A stretch of DNA of 64,000 nucleotides from Terriglobia bacterium. GTDB lineage: Bacteria; Acidobacteriota; Terriglobia; 20CM-2-55-15. The DNA lies in NCBI GenBank assembly GCA_965218085.1, contig CBDCKF010000001.1, forward strand, positions 1,166,581-1,230,580, written 5' to 3'. The first letter of the stretch is position 1. Every line of letters starts with the position of its first letter. Below, piece after piece: positions 39,451-48,332 of the stretch. A model generated the notes under the pieces. It had not been told where the DNA came from and ran no database searches. It saw only the letters and a program-made list of their open reading frames with translations. The translations under genes were made by a program, and so were the position numbers.

Positions 39451-40539
39451 ATGTTTCAGACACTACTGCCCGATCATCTTACGCGGCTGACCGAAGGCGA
39501 GACCGATCGTCGAATCGCCGAAGTCAGGGAGCGCCTGGGTTCGGGCTTAGTGGTTCTCGGGCACCACTATCAGCGCGACGAAGTGATCAAGTTTGCGGAC
39601 GTTCGGGGGGATTCGTTCAAGCTCGCCCAATGGGCCTCCCAGCAGAAGGATGCTGAATTCATAGTCTTTTGCGGCGTCCATTTCATGGCCGAAAGCGCCG
39701 ACATATTGAGCGCTCCCTACCAGAAGGTGATTCTGCCGGACCTCGGCGCGGGTTGTTCGATGGCGGACATGGCTGCTCTGGATCAGGTGGAAACCTGTTG
39801 GGACGAACTCAGCAAACTGACGTCTGAAACCATCATTCCGATTACCTACATGAATTCTGCGGCCGGTATCAAAGCGTTTTGTGGGCGTCATGATGGTGCT
39901 GTATGCACATCGTCGAACGCGCCTGCTGTAATGCGTTGGGCTCTGGAGCGCGGGGACAAGATAGTGTTTCTTCCCGATCAACATCTGGGACGCAACACAG
40001 GCTATCAACTGGGATTCCGCCTGGAAGAGATGTCGGTTTGGGATCCGTACGAGGAACTCGGCGGGAACACTCCTGAGGAATTGATCGAAAGCCGCATCGT
40101 GCTCTGGAAGGGCCATTGTTCCGTTCATGGGCGCTTCCTGCCCGAACACGTGGTGCGGGTGCGTCAACGTTATCCCGACATCCGTGTAATCGCCCATCCG
40201 GAGTGCCGCTTTGACGTTGTTCAGAGGTCCGATGCCGTGGGTTCCACCGAGCACATAATCAAGTGTGTGACGCAGTCACCTGTGGGAACCCGGTGGGCGA
40301 TCGGGACGGAGATTCACCTGGTCAACCGCCTGCGAAACGAAAATCCCGACCGATTCATCATTCCCCTTGATGATTGCGGGTGCCTCTGCTCGACGATGTT
40401 CCGTATTGATCCCTCGCACCTGCTCTGGTCAATGGAGAGCCTTCTCGAAGATCGAGTGGTCAACCAGATCACGGTTTCCGACGAAGTGGCGCGCTGGGCA
40501 CGGGTTTCGTTGAACCGGATGCTGGAAATCACGCACTAG
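39451..40539 (+). CDS. nadA: Quinolinate synthase
   Basis: GHHYQ, FCGVHFMAE, GCSMAD, YMNS, CTSSNA and HPEC motifs. Confidence 0.95.
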   Translation: MFQTLLPDHLTRLTEGETDRRIAEVRERLGSGLVVLGHHYQRDEVIKFADVRGDSFKLAQWASQQKDAEFIVFCGVHFMAESADILSAPYQKVILPDLGAGCSMADMAALDQVETCWDELSKLTSETIIPITYMNSAAGIKAFCGRHDGAVCTSSNAPAVMRWALERGDKIVFLPDQHLGRNTGYQLGFRLEEMSVWDPYEELGGNTPEELIESRIVLWKGHCSVHGRFLPEHVVRVRQRYPDIRVIAHPECRFDVVQRSDAVGSTEHIIKCVTQSPVGTRWAIGTEIHLVNRLRNENPDRFIIPLDDCGCLCSTMFRIDPSHLLWSMESLLEDRVVNQITVSDEVARWARVSLNRMLEITH

Positions 40540-40651
40540 CGATTTTAGTGACTGACTGATGCGAGAGTTAGGAGTTGACAGTCATGGCTGCGGAGATCAG
40601 ATCGCGTCTCAATTTTTAGCTCATACCGATTAACTCGACTTCACCCGAACA

Positions 40652-40930
40652 GTGGCCCCTACCTCCAGAAAAATCTTTACCGTAAGTGGAATTGTCCAGG
40701 GTGTCGGCTACCGTTATTTTGCTTCGACGGCGGCCCGGCGCCACGAGATTCTGGGCTTTGCGAAGAATCTGGCCAATGGCCAGGTCGAGGTCGTCGCGGA
40801 AGGTGAAACGGTGGCGTTGGCTGCTTTTAAACAGGAACTGGAACGTGGGCCGGACCATTCGTGGGTGGACGGGGTCACCGAATCCGATTCCGAAGCTATG
40901 AAACCATTTACAGCCTTTAATATCCTTTAA
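40652..40930 (+). CDS. acyP: Acylphosphatase
   Basis: VSG.VQGVGYR and N..NGQVEVVAEG motifs. Confidence 0.9.
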   Translation: MAPTSRKIFTVSGIVQGVGYRYFASTAARRHEILGFAKNLANGQVEVVAEGETVALAAFKQELERGPDHSWVDGVTESDSEAMKPFTAFNIL

Positions 40931-40948
40931 CATCCGAGGTCTAAGTAC

Positions 40949-41464
40949 ATGGATGAGTTTAAGAAATTGATCCGTGAAGTGCCGGACTTTCCGAAGCCCG
41001 GTATTCTCTTTTACGACATTACGACTCTGCTCAATCACCGCCCCGGTTTTTGTCGGCTGATCGATTACCTGACGCTTCAGACACGCCCGATTCAGGCGGA
41101 CTTTGTCCTGGGAATCGAAGCCCGTGGTTTCATATTCGCACCGGCGCTCGCCTACAACCTGAACGCTGGATTCGTTCCGATCCGCAAGCCGGGGAAACTT
41201 CCCGCCCAAACCGAAGCGGTGAGCTACGATCTGGAATACGGCACGGACACGCTGGAAATCCACACAGGGGCATTTCCTAAAGGAAGCCGGGTCATCATCG
41301 CCGATGACTTGCTGGCCACCGGCGGGACGGCAAGAGCGGCAGCGGAACTGGTGGAGAAGGCGGGTGGTGTTGTCGCCGGCTTTACCTTTGTCGTGGAGTT
41401 GGAGTTTTTAAGCGGCAGGGACAAGCTCAGCGGCTACGAAGTATTTTCCTTGATCCAATACTGA
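40949..41464 (+). CDS. apt: Adenine phosphoribosyltransferase
   Basis: [25 protein letters not shown] and DDLLATGGT motifs. Confidence 0.96.
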   Translation: MDEFKKLIREVPDFPKPGILFYDITTLLNHRPGFCRLIDYLTLQTRPIQADFVLGIEARGFIFAPALAYNLNAGFVPIRKPGKLPAQTEAVSYDLEYGTDTLEIHTGAFPKGSRVIIADDLLATGGTARAAAELVEKAGGVVAGFTFVVELEFLSGRDKLSGYEVFSLIQY

Positions 41465-41467
41465 AAC

Positions 41468-41744
41468 GAGTGGCCTGAGTCAGAAGTCCCGTCTTTACAG
41501 TTTCGTCATGTCAGAACCGTTCATCTCTTACTCTAGACGCACGGGCTCGCGTCTTTACTCTGAAAGCGGTCCACCCGCAGCGTCGGACCGGTGCGGGTCG
41601 TTCTGGGACCCACTTAAACTTTCCGTCGATCCCCATAGGCTTCGCCATCATGATGATGGTGAGGGTCGCCGATCGTTCAGACAGGATGTCTGAATGAACG
41701 ATCGAGCGAAATCTTATATCGCGAACTTCCAACCCAAGCCACTA
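41468..41744. mobile_element. MITE family A, copy 5
   Basis: TIR agtggcctgagtcagaagt / acttccaacccaagccact; family A core. Confidence 0.8.
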
Positions 41745-41759
41745 GGATCAGATTCTCTG

Positions 41760-42845
41760 TCACCCGTCATGGGTCGCCTCCGCCAATTCCTTCTCCAGCT
41801 TGAGCTGCGCCGCCCGGGCACAACCCTGCATGACCTGGAAATAGCGCCCGACCCAGTCCGGTCCGAGTTCATACGGGTGCGGCCCATCGCCGCGTCCCGC
41901 CAGCATTTTGTTCTTGTCGACAGCGTTATCAAACTCGGAGTGATTCGAGAGGAGAACGCTCGCGCCTGTTGCGGCGGCCTGGTCGGCGATGTGCTGCTGC
42001 GACTCGATATAGGTCTGGAAATTCCGGATGCCTGGGTCCGGAGTGTTGTTCACGAAGTTGAACGCCGTCCCGCCGGAATAGGCCACGTTGACCCGCCGCC
42101 CATTGTCGAACACGGTAAAGGTGTAAGACAGTGTCCCCGGGGTGTGTCCGGGTGTCTCCCAGATCTTTAACCTCGTGTCGCCAAGCGTGATCTCCATGCC
42201 GTCGGTGGCGACAATGTCGCGCACCGGAGCCATGGTCGCGTATCGGTTGGGATAGGTTTCAATCAGTTCCCAATCGGGCCCGCCCATCACGACGCGGGCG
42301 TCGTAGCCCTCCTGCAGAAGCTTGGCCCCGCCGATATGGTCACCATGGGCGTGGGAAATGATGACGTATCGGATGTCGTTCGGGTCGAGACCCAGCCGTT
42401 CCATGCCTCCGACGATCAACTCCTTCGAGTTATAAGGGAAGATCGTGTCGATAATTATGATGCCTTCGCTGGTAGTCAGAGCCCAGGACGTGTGCAGCTT
42501 TCCGCCGACGAAGTAGAGATTGTCGAACACTTTTTGAGAGTCCGCGTACCAGACTTCACGCTCAGGCACAGTTGAGGGATCAGCCACATAGCGCGGCACG
42601 TTGTTACTTGTGTTGAGGCCGCCACTCTGAGGTAGGAGGCAAATTCGCGTCAAGGTTCCAAGGAATTCGAACCCGGCCGCAGATTTGGCAGACTGCAGCG
42701 CTTCCCGAATTTCTGCATCAAAGTCCCGGGCGATCCCGCTTGAAAGCGGGCCTTCCTGTGCAAATACGCTGCTGCTGGCGAGGCCCACGATGCAGGCCAG
42801 TGTTGTGAAAATCTTCTCTACGTTCAAATCGATAAACCTCCGCAT
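41760..42845 (-). CDS. Secreted metallo-beta-lactamase fold protein (B3-like)
   Basis: HAHGDH, PGHTPG and SNH ligands; signal peptide. Confidence 0.88.
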   Translation of the reverse strand: MRRFIDLNVEKIFTTLACIVGLASSSVFAQEGPLSSGIARDFDAEIREALQSAKSAAGFEFLGTLTRICLLPQSGGLNTSNNVPRYVADPSTVPEREVWYADSQKVFDNLYFVGGKLHTSWALTTSEGIIIIDTIFPYNSKELIVGGMERLGLDPNDIRYVIISHAHGDHIGGAKLLQEGYDARVVMGGPDWELIETYPNRYATMAPVRDIVATDGMEITLGDTRLKIWETPGHTPGTLSYTFTVFDNGRRVNVAYSGGTAFNFVNNTPDPGIRNFQTYIESQQHIADQAAATGASVLLSNHSEFDNAVDKNKMLAGRGDGPHPYELGPDWVGRYFQVMQGCARAAQLKLEKELAEATHDG

Positions 42846-42986
42846 CGACGCTTGGGTGTATGGGGAGAAACCCTTCGGGCACGGTCAATTTCGAGAAGAA
42901 TCTGTCAGTTTGGTCGACGGATTCTCCCTCAGCCGACAGTGCTGTTTAGTACACTGTCGAAATACCACATCGAAGGGAAGAAGAGA

Positions 42987-44216
42987 ATGCGAAACGTGTT
43001 GGCTCGGTCGGCGATCATTGTCCTGGCGATGGGCCTTGAAAGTCCGGCCCAGGACTGGCCGCAGTTTTTCGGCCCGGAACGCAACGGTGTTTACAGCGGC
43101 CCGGAACTGTCTGAGACCTGGGGGCCGAATGGTCCCCCTCGGGTCTGGAGCCGGGAGGTCGGTGAAGGGTTCAGTGGACCCGTTGTCGCCGATGGCCGCC
43201 TCATCCTGTTTCATCGGGTTTCGGATCGTGAGGTTCTCGAAGCCTTCGATCCGCAGACAGGAACGAGTCTGTGGGAATACAGCTATCCGACGACTTACCG
43301 CGACGATTTTGGTTTTGACGAGGGTCCCCGCGCTGTTCCAGTCGTCGCCGACGGCGTGGTGTACACCTTTGGTGCCCAGGGACAATTGCATGCTGTCGAG
43401 CTTGAAACGGGAGGCGGCATCTGGAGCGAGGACACCATGGGACGCTTCGGCGTGGCCAAGGGTTTTTTTGGCGCCGGCGGTTCGCCCCTGGTCGAGGATG
43501 GGAGAGTGATTGCGAACATCGGCGGTCAGGATGTCGGGATCGTAGCCTTCGACGCCGGAACCGGAGAGGTTCTCTGGACAGCCACAAACGACGGGGCGAG
43601 TTATTCATCTCCCGTAGGCGCGACCATTTCGGGGAGCCGCTATGCGATTTTCATGACGCGCAACGGTCTGGTCGGACTCGATCCTGCGACCGGAGAACTG
43701 AGGTTCAGCCAGCGGTGGCGCTCACGTTCGGCGTCGTCGGTGAACGCCGCTTCACCCGTCGTTGTTGACGATCTGATCTTCGTCTCTGCCGAGTACGGAC
43801 CCGGTGCCGGGGTGCTCCGCTGGGATGGGGAACAACTCAGCCCGCTGTGGGCATCCAACGACGCACTCTCAAATCACTACGCGACCAGCGTTTACCACGA
43901 CGGCTACTTGTATGGATACCATGGCCGTCAGGAGTTCGGGCCAAGCCTCCGCGCCGTCGAACTGACGACTGGGGAGGTTGGCTGGAGCGAAGAGCAGTTT
44001 CGCGCGGGCAGCATCATTCTTTCAGGCGACCGCGTTTTGATTCTCCGGGAGGGTGGCGAACTCGTGCTCGCCCCCGCGTCGCCTGACGCGTTTCAGCCAA
44101 TCGCACGCGCGCAGCTTCTTCCGGCAACCGTGCGTGCCTACCCCGCACTTGCGGATGGCTTTCTCTACGTCCGGAATCAGAACACGCTCGCTGCGTTCGA
44201 CCTGGGCCGCCGGTGA
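42987..44216 (+). CDS. PQQ-like beta-propeller repeat protein
   Basis: DWPQFFGPERNG followed by repeated A.D..TG...W blades. Confidence 0.88.
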   Translation: MRNVLARSAIIVLAMGLESPAQDWPQFFGPERNGVYSGPELSETWGPNGPPRVWSREVGEGFSGPVVADGRLILFHRVSDREVLEAFDPQTGTSLWEYSYPTTYRDDFGFDEGPRAVPVVADGVVYTFGAQGQLHAVELETGGGIWSEDTMGRFGVAKGFFGAGGSPLVEDGRVIANIGGQDVGIVAFDAGTGEVLWTATNDGASYSSPVGATISGSRYAIFMTRNGLVGLDPATGELRFSQRWRSRSASSVNAASPVVVDDLIFVSAEYGPGAGVLRWDGEQLSPLWASNDALSNHYATSVYHDGYLYGYHGRQEFGPSLRAVELTTGEVGWSEEQFRAGSIILSGDRVLILREGGELVLAPASPDAFQPIARAQLLPATVRAYPALADGFLYVRNQNTLAAFDLGRR

Positions 44217-44290
44217 AGAGATGAAGAGATGAAGAGCGCGGCGTGTTCGGATGGGGCTCTGCCTGCGAAAGGCCCCGAGGAAAGGCAAGC

Positions 44291-44908
44291 ATGCTCCGAC
44301 CCCTGTTAGCGATATTCATATTTGTTGTTCCGATGGTCTCGCAGACCCCTGAGGATCCGCAGTCGATCCTCGACCAGGCTATGAGCGATTTCGAGGCTGC
44401 CCGGATCGACGAGAGTATCGCGGGTTTTGATGCTGTCGCCAGGCTGGTCCCTCGCATCGCCCCTCAGCTCTGGCAACGCGGTATCGCCCTTTACTACGCC
44501 GGTCGATATGAGGACTGCCGGGCCCAGTTCGAATCGCACCGCACTGTCAACCCCAACGACGTTGAGAACGCAGCCTGGCATTTTCTCTGTGTGGCCCGTT
44601 CCGAATCTCTGGCCGAAGCCCGGTCTGCACTGCTGCCTGTGGGACCCGACCGGCGCATCCCGATGCGCGAGATCTACGAAATGTTCCGCGGCGACATTAG
44701 TCCTGAGGACGTGTTGCGGGCCGGGGCCGACGGAACACAATCACAGTTCTATGCCTATCTCTATGCCGGTCTGTATCTCGAGGCACTCGGTGACACGGAA
44801 GGCGGGCTTTCCTACATTCGGAGGGCCGCGGAAGACCGCTACAGGGGAGGCGGATACATGCATACCGTTGCCCGGATTCATGCCGGCTTGCTCGAGCGCC
44901 GGGATTAG
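44291..44908 (+). CDS. TPR protein
   Basis: LWQRGIALYYAGRY, NPNDVENAAWHFLC and FYAYLYAGLY; signal peptide. Confidence 0.85.
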   Translation: MLRPLLAIFIFVVPMVSQTPEDPQSILDQAMSDFEAARIDESIAGFDAVARLVPRIAPQLWQRGIALYYAGRYEDCRAQFESHRTVNPNDVENAAWHFLCVARSESLAEARSALLPVGPDRRIPMREIYEMFRGDISPEDVLRAGADGTQSQFYAYLYAGLYLEALGDTEGGLSYIRRAAEDRYRGGGYMHTVARIHAGLLERRD

Positions 44909-45120
44909 CGTTTGCGCTCGAGCAGGCGTGCCTGAAACATCTGCAAGGGAGTGCACCCGACCGAAGACCCGCTCGGTATTCGACCGGTACAATAGTGTCC
45001 GAAGGTGGGCTGAAGCAGGCCGTATAAAAACAAGACCATTTTTCGGGAGCGGCGAGCTCAGGGGCAAGGTGGCCGTTGCCCTGGCTCATGACTGACTGTA
45101 AGTTATGGCATAGACGCAGA

Positions 45121-45194
45121 GGCCCTGTAGCTCAGGTGGATAGAGCAGCGGTTTCCTAAACCGGAGGTCGGAGGTTCGAGTCCTCCCAGGGTCA
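45121..45194 (+). tRNA. tRNA-Arg (anticodon CCT)
   Basis: Acceptor GGCCCTG/CAGGGTC, D-arm GCTC/GAGC, anticodon loop TTCCTAA, T-arm GGAGG-TTCGAGT-CCTCC; CCA not encoded. Confidence 0.95.
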
Positions 45195-45298
45195 CTTTTT
45201 AGTATCAGTATCTTACGAGCTACACTGAAGGTGTGAGCGCCAGGCCTCTTCTCATCGGCCTCTCCTACAATCCGCTAGTGGAGGCCTTATATGGAGAC

Positions 45299-45349
45299 GC
45301 CTAACCCTTCGCTCAAGCCGGTGTCCGCTGCTTAGCTCAAACGTTCGAT
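45299..45349 (+). other. Integron attC-like site 1
   Basis: GCCTAAC-N5-GCTCAAGC...GCTTAGC-N6-GTTCGAT with canonical box spacing and an extrahelical base. Confidence 0.72.
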
Positions 45350-45545
45350 CGCCGAATCTAGATATTAAATCCCGAGGTCGAATCCCAATAAATCCTGCTA
45401 CTCTTTTCGGAGGATGGCCCGCCGCAACCGAGACCTGATTCGCTTGTCCCTTGATTCGCCTATGCTCTTATTGACAACCTCGCCCCATCCGCTAAACTGA
45501 ATCCGATTGCCCCCAAATTCTAAATTCAATGGGAGACCGAGGCGC

Positions 45546-46274
45546 ATGAAACCCCATAGCCGCATCGTGACGATGTTCGTGTTTGTCATTGCTTTCTACT
45601 TGATCGTGTCCGTCGCCGCCTTCGCTCAAACAGGCTCCGAGCCGACACTCGTCTTTCGGGAGGGATGGAACGGAGACGTTCTAGGCGTTCGGCCTTTGAC
45701 CGAGGACACGTTCGATAATCCCAATTTGATCGTGCAGCTTTATGGACGCGGAACCTATGCGCCGGGACGCGATTTCGGCCCTTTTACGTCCGAGACCACA
45801 GTGAATGTGAATGTCCGTCAGTTTGGCGATGAAGCTTCGAGCATTGTGTGGTCCGGCATGGCGGAGGGAAGCTGGGCCGTCACGATGAAACACAGAGACA
45901 GTTTTATCGACCTCAGCCGTCCGGGATCGAAGATCCGATGGCGTACTTGGCAGGAAGGTATTTCCCAAGTCCTTTGGCCGGTTCTGAAGCTTGCGGATGG
46001 AACCTATATCTTAGGGTTAGAGGGCTCAGGACCCACCGCGGACTATGAGGTCACCGAGTTCGACATGGCCGAGATGAACTGGATTGGCTTCGATCCGGTC
46101 CGAGTGATCGATACCCAAGACGTGATAGACCCGGATCTTTCTCGGGTCGACGAAATCGGGTTCACGACGCTCACCCGCGGCGGCGGCCATGGCGCCGGTG
46201 TCGCCGCACACGTGGACTGGTTCGAAGTGTACGGAGTCCCCGTGCCCCGGAGCCGTCCCGCAACGAGCCCTTAG
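45546..46274 (+). CDS. Secreted hypothetical protein
   Basis: Signal peptide (AFA-Q); beta-rich; no function assignable. Confidence 0.75.
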   Translation: MKPHSRIVTMFVFVIAFYLIVSVAAFAQTGSEPTLVFREGWNGDVLGVRPLTEDTFDNPNLIVQLYGRGTYAPGRDFGPFTSETTVNVNVRQFGDEASSIVWSGMAEGSWAVTMKHRDSFIDLSRPGSKIRWRTWQEGISQVLWPVLKLADGTYILGLEGSGPTADYEVTEFDMAEMNWIGFDPVRVIDTQDVIDPDLSRVDEIGFTTLTRGGGHGAGVAAHVDWFEVYGVPVPRSRPATSP

Positions 46275-46455
46275 ATCTGCCGCGACAAGGCCTGAGGGCA
46301 CGGCCGGGTTGGCGACAATCGCATCCCAAGACTCCACAATAATTGTCCAAACCTCTTGCTGCTCGGCCGCCCACGGCCATATGGTGATCACTTAGCGCGC
46401 CACAGTGCCGCCTCTGGCCGAAGACCTCGAGCCCCAGCCGGTGGCCTGAAAGGCC

Positions 46456-46500
46456 GTCTAACACGTGGCTGCACGCTGACGGCGCCAAGGTCTGTTAGCT
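46456..46500 (+). other. Degenerate attC-like site 2
   Basis: GTCTAAC-N5-GCTGCACGCTGAC...GTTAGCT; the L' arm is missing. Confidence 0.45.
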
Positions 46501-46595
46501 GACGGCATCTGGAACGAAACGGCGAGTTCAAGGTAACGACAAATCATCGTGTCGGAAGTTGAGAATTTCAGCAAACGGAAGCTAGAACTACGCAA

Positions 46596-47357
46596 ATGAA
46601 TATTTATTGTCTCGCTCAACGGTCGCGGGCGTTCTTTCTAGCGCTCTTGTTTGCTTTTGCAGCGTCGTGCGGTCCAGAACAGGTGGACGCGGTTTCACCA
46701 CTGGTGTCACCACGCCAGAACATAAACTTTGGGCAGGCACGCAACCAGATGGTCGAACAGCAGATCGAGGCTCGGGGAATCCGTGACTCTCGGGTTCTTG
46801 AAGCCGTGGCACGGGTTCCTAGACACGAGTTCGTTCCCGCGGATTATAGAGCCTTGGCCTACAACGATGCGCCCCTACCAATTGGACTGGATCAGACTAT
46901 CTCGCAGCCCTACATTGTTGCTCTGATGACTGAACTCGTTCAGACGGAACCGGACGATCGTCTTCTCGAGGTCGGAACGGGATCGGGATACCAGGCCGCC
47001 GTTGCCGCCGAGCTGGTGGCCGAAGTCTACAGCATCGAGATCATTCCAGAGCTGGCCCGCTCCGCGGCCGAGCGACTCGAGCGACTCGGGATTTTGAACG
47101 TTTCGATACGGGAAGGTGACGGGTACCTGGGATGGCCCGAGTTCGGTCCCTTCGATGGAATCCTCGTTACGGCCGGAGCCCCGGAGATTCCTCAGCCTCT
47201 GATTGCCCAGCTCAAGCCGGGAGCTCGGATGGTCATTCCCGTCGGTGAACCGGCCTCCATCCAGATCCTGAAGGTGATTGAAAAGTTGCCCGGGGGTGGA
47301 GTCGATATTCGTGACATCATTCCGGTCCGATTCGTCCCACTGCGGCGTAGTCAGTAG
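46596..47357 (+). CDS. pcm: Protein-L-isoaspartate O-methyltransferase
   Basis: VPRHEFV, QTISQPYIVA, LEVGTGSGYQAA, GDGY.GW and VRFVPL motifs. Confidence 0.95.
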   Translation: MNIYCLAQRSRAFFLALLFAFAASCGPEQVDAVSPLVSPRQNINFGQARNQMVEQQIEARGIRDSRVLEAVARVPRHEFVPADYRALAYNDAPLPIGLDQTISQPYIVALMTELVQTEPDDRLLEVGTGSGYQAAVAAELVAEVYSIEIIPELARSAAERLERLGILNVSIREGDGYLGWPEFGPFDGILVTAGAPEIPQPLIAQLKPGARMVIPVGEPASIQILKVIEKLPGGGVDIRDIIPVRFVPLRRSQ

Positions 47358-48078
47358 TCTGCTCGGTTCTAGATTTGGGAAATGTCATCGCCACCGCCAG
47401 CCTATGAGACTCCGCGCACCCTGGTGATGGAATGCAGCATGCAGTTTGACCATTACAAGATCACCGACAATCTCGGTGCTGAGTCTGGTGACTTTCAACG
47501 CCGAAGAAAAAAGCTGTTCACGGCTTCATCACTGGGACCGAAGTAGTCCGCGCGGCCCCTGTGGAAGTGTGACTATGACTGTCAGGCCCAGTATCAGGCT
47601 GCCTGACCCGAAGTCGAAATATCCTTTCAGCGAGCTGCGATGCGGTTTGAGTTGATGGCGCACCCCTCAGACCGGCGCGGGGAAATGTCGGCGACTTCCT
47701 TGGCCCTTTGAGGCCGTCTTTAGTCGGTTGGCACCCCGCGCGCAAATTCCATCATGGCCCGGAACTCAAGCGTTCCACTTTAGAGGCCGGAGATACGGAT
47801 GCAGTCGACTTACCATTCACCTCGAAGCGTCCAACTCAGTTCTGCTGAATATAATTGACGGAGACCGAAGAGAGGAAAGTTGCGCCTACTTGACGATGTA
47901 GCCCAGATACGGATGTTGAAAATTGGTTCGAAAAAGTAATCAAAAGTAACAACTCAGGATAAACGGAACTAGCGGAGCTGAATTAGGAACGTCGAAATCG
48001 CCGTGTAAACGCCTGTAAAACAAAGTGGTTATGAACAGACATAGCGGAGCTATACCCGGCTAAAAACCATCGATCTCT

Positions 48079-48124
48079 TTTCCTAAACTGGAGGTCGGAG
48101 GTTCGAGTCCTCCCAGGGTCACTT
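48079..48124 (+). repeat. att copy of the tRNA-Arg 3' half
   Basis: 45/46 identical to 45152-45197. Confidence 0.93.
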
Positions 48125-48332
48125 CATTCTAAAGAACCTACAGCAATTTGATGATCAACCTGATTTCAGCTATGGGGACTTCTGTGGGGACCCAGGTGTT
48201 AGGGAGGTTTGATCCATGTCAGTATTTATCTGGCGCTGGCCCTACGGGGACTCCTCATTGAGGACAAGCTATGGCTCCCCGTAGTCTCCTTCGCCAATGT
48301 CAAAGAACGAAGCCCCGTCTCAGGATCGTCCC

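Larger units (their letters stand above)
45198..48124. mobile_element. tRNA-Arg-integrated island 1 (~2.9 kb, no intact integrase)
   Basis: Bounded by a 46-bp copy of the tRNA 3' half at 48079-48124 (1 mismatch). Confidence 0.8.

Noticed and set aside
41500-41650. Resemblance of the family A minus strand to group II intron domain 5 (GAGC...CGGTTCTGA) or the tmRNA 5' end (GGGGATCGACGG)
   Set aside because: The D5-like match does not pair properly and is not kept in other copies; there is no tmRNA tag ORF or 3' tRNA-like end.
41511-41732. Small ORFs inside MITE copies (also 34710-34940, 11668-11877, 11909-12271, 18674-18961, 29227-29490)
   Set aside because: Frames, starts and stops differ among copies because of indels, so conservation is not at the protein level.
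45148-45164. G.G mismatch at the top of the tRNA anticodon stem as evidence of a foreign 3' half or a pseudo-tRNA
   Set aside because: Both att copies have the same G, so it probably predates integration; mismatches at this pair are tolerated.
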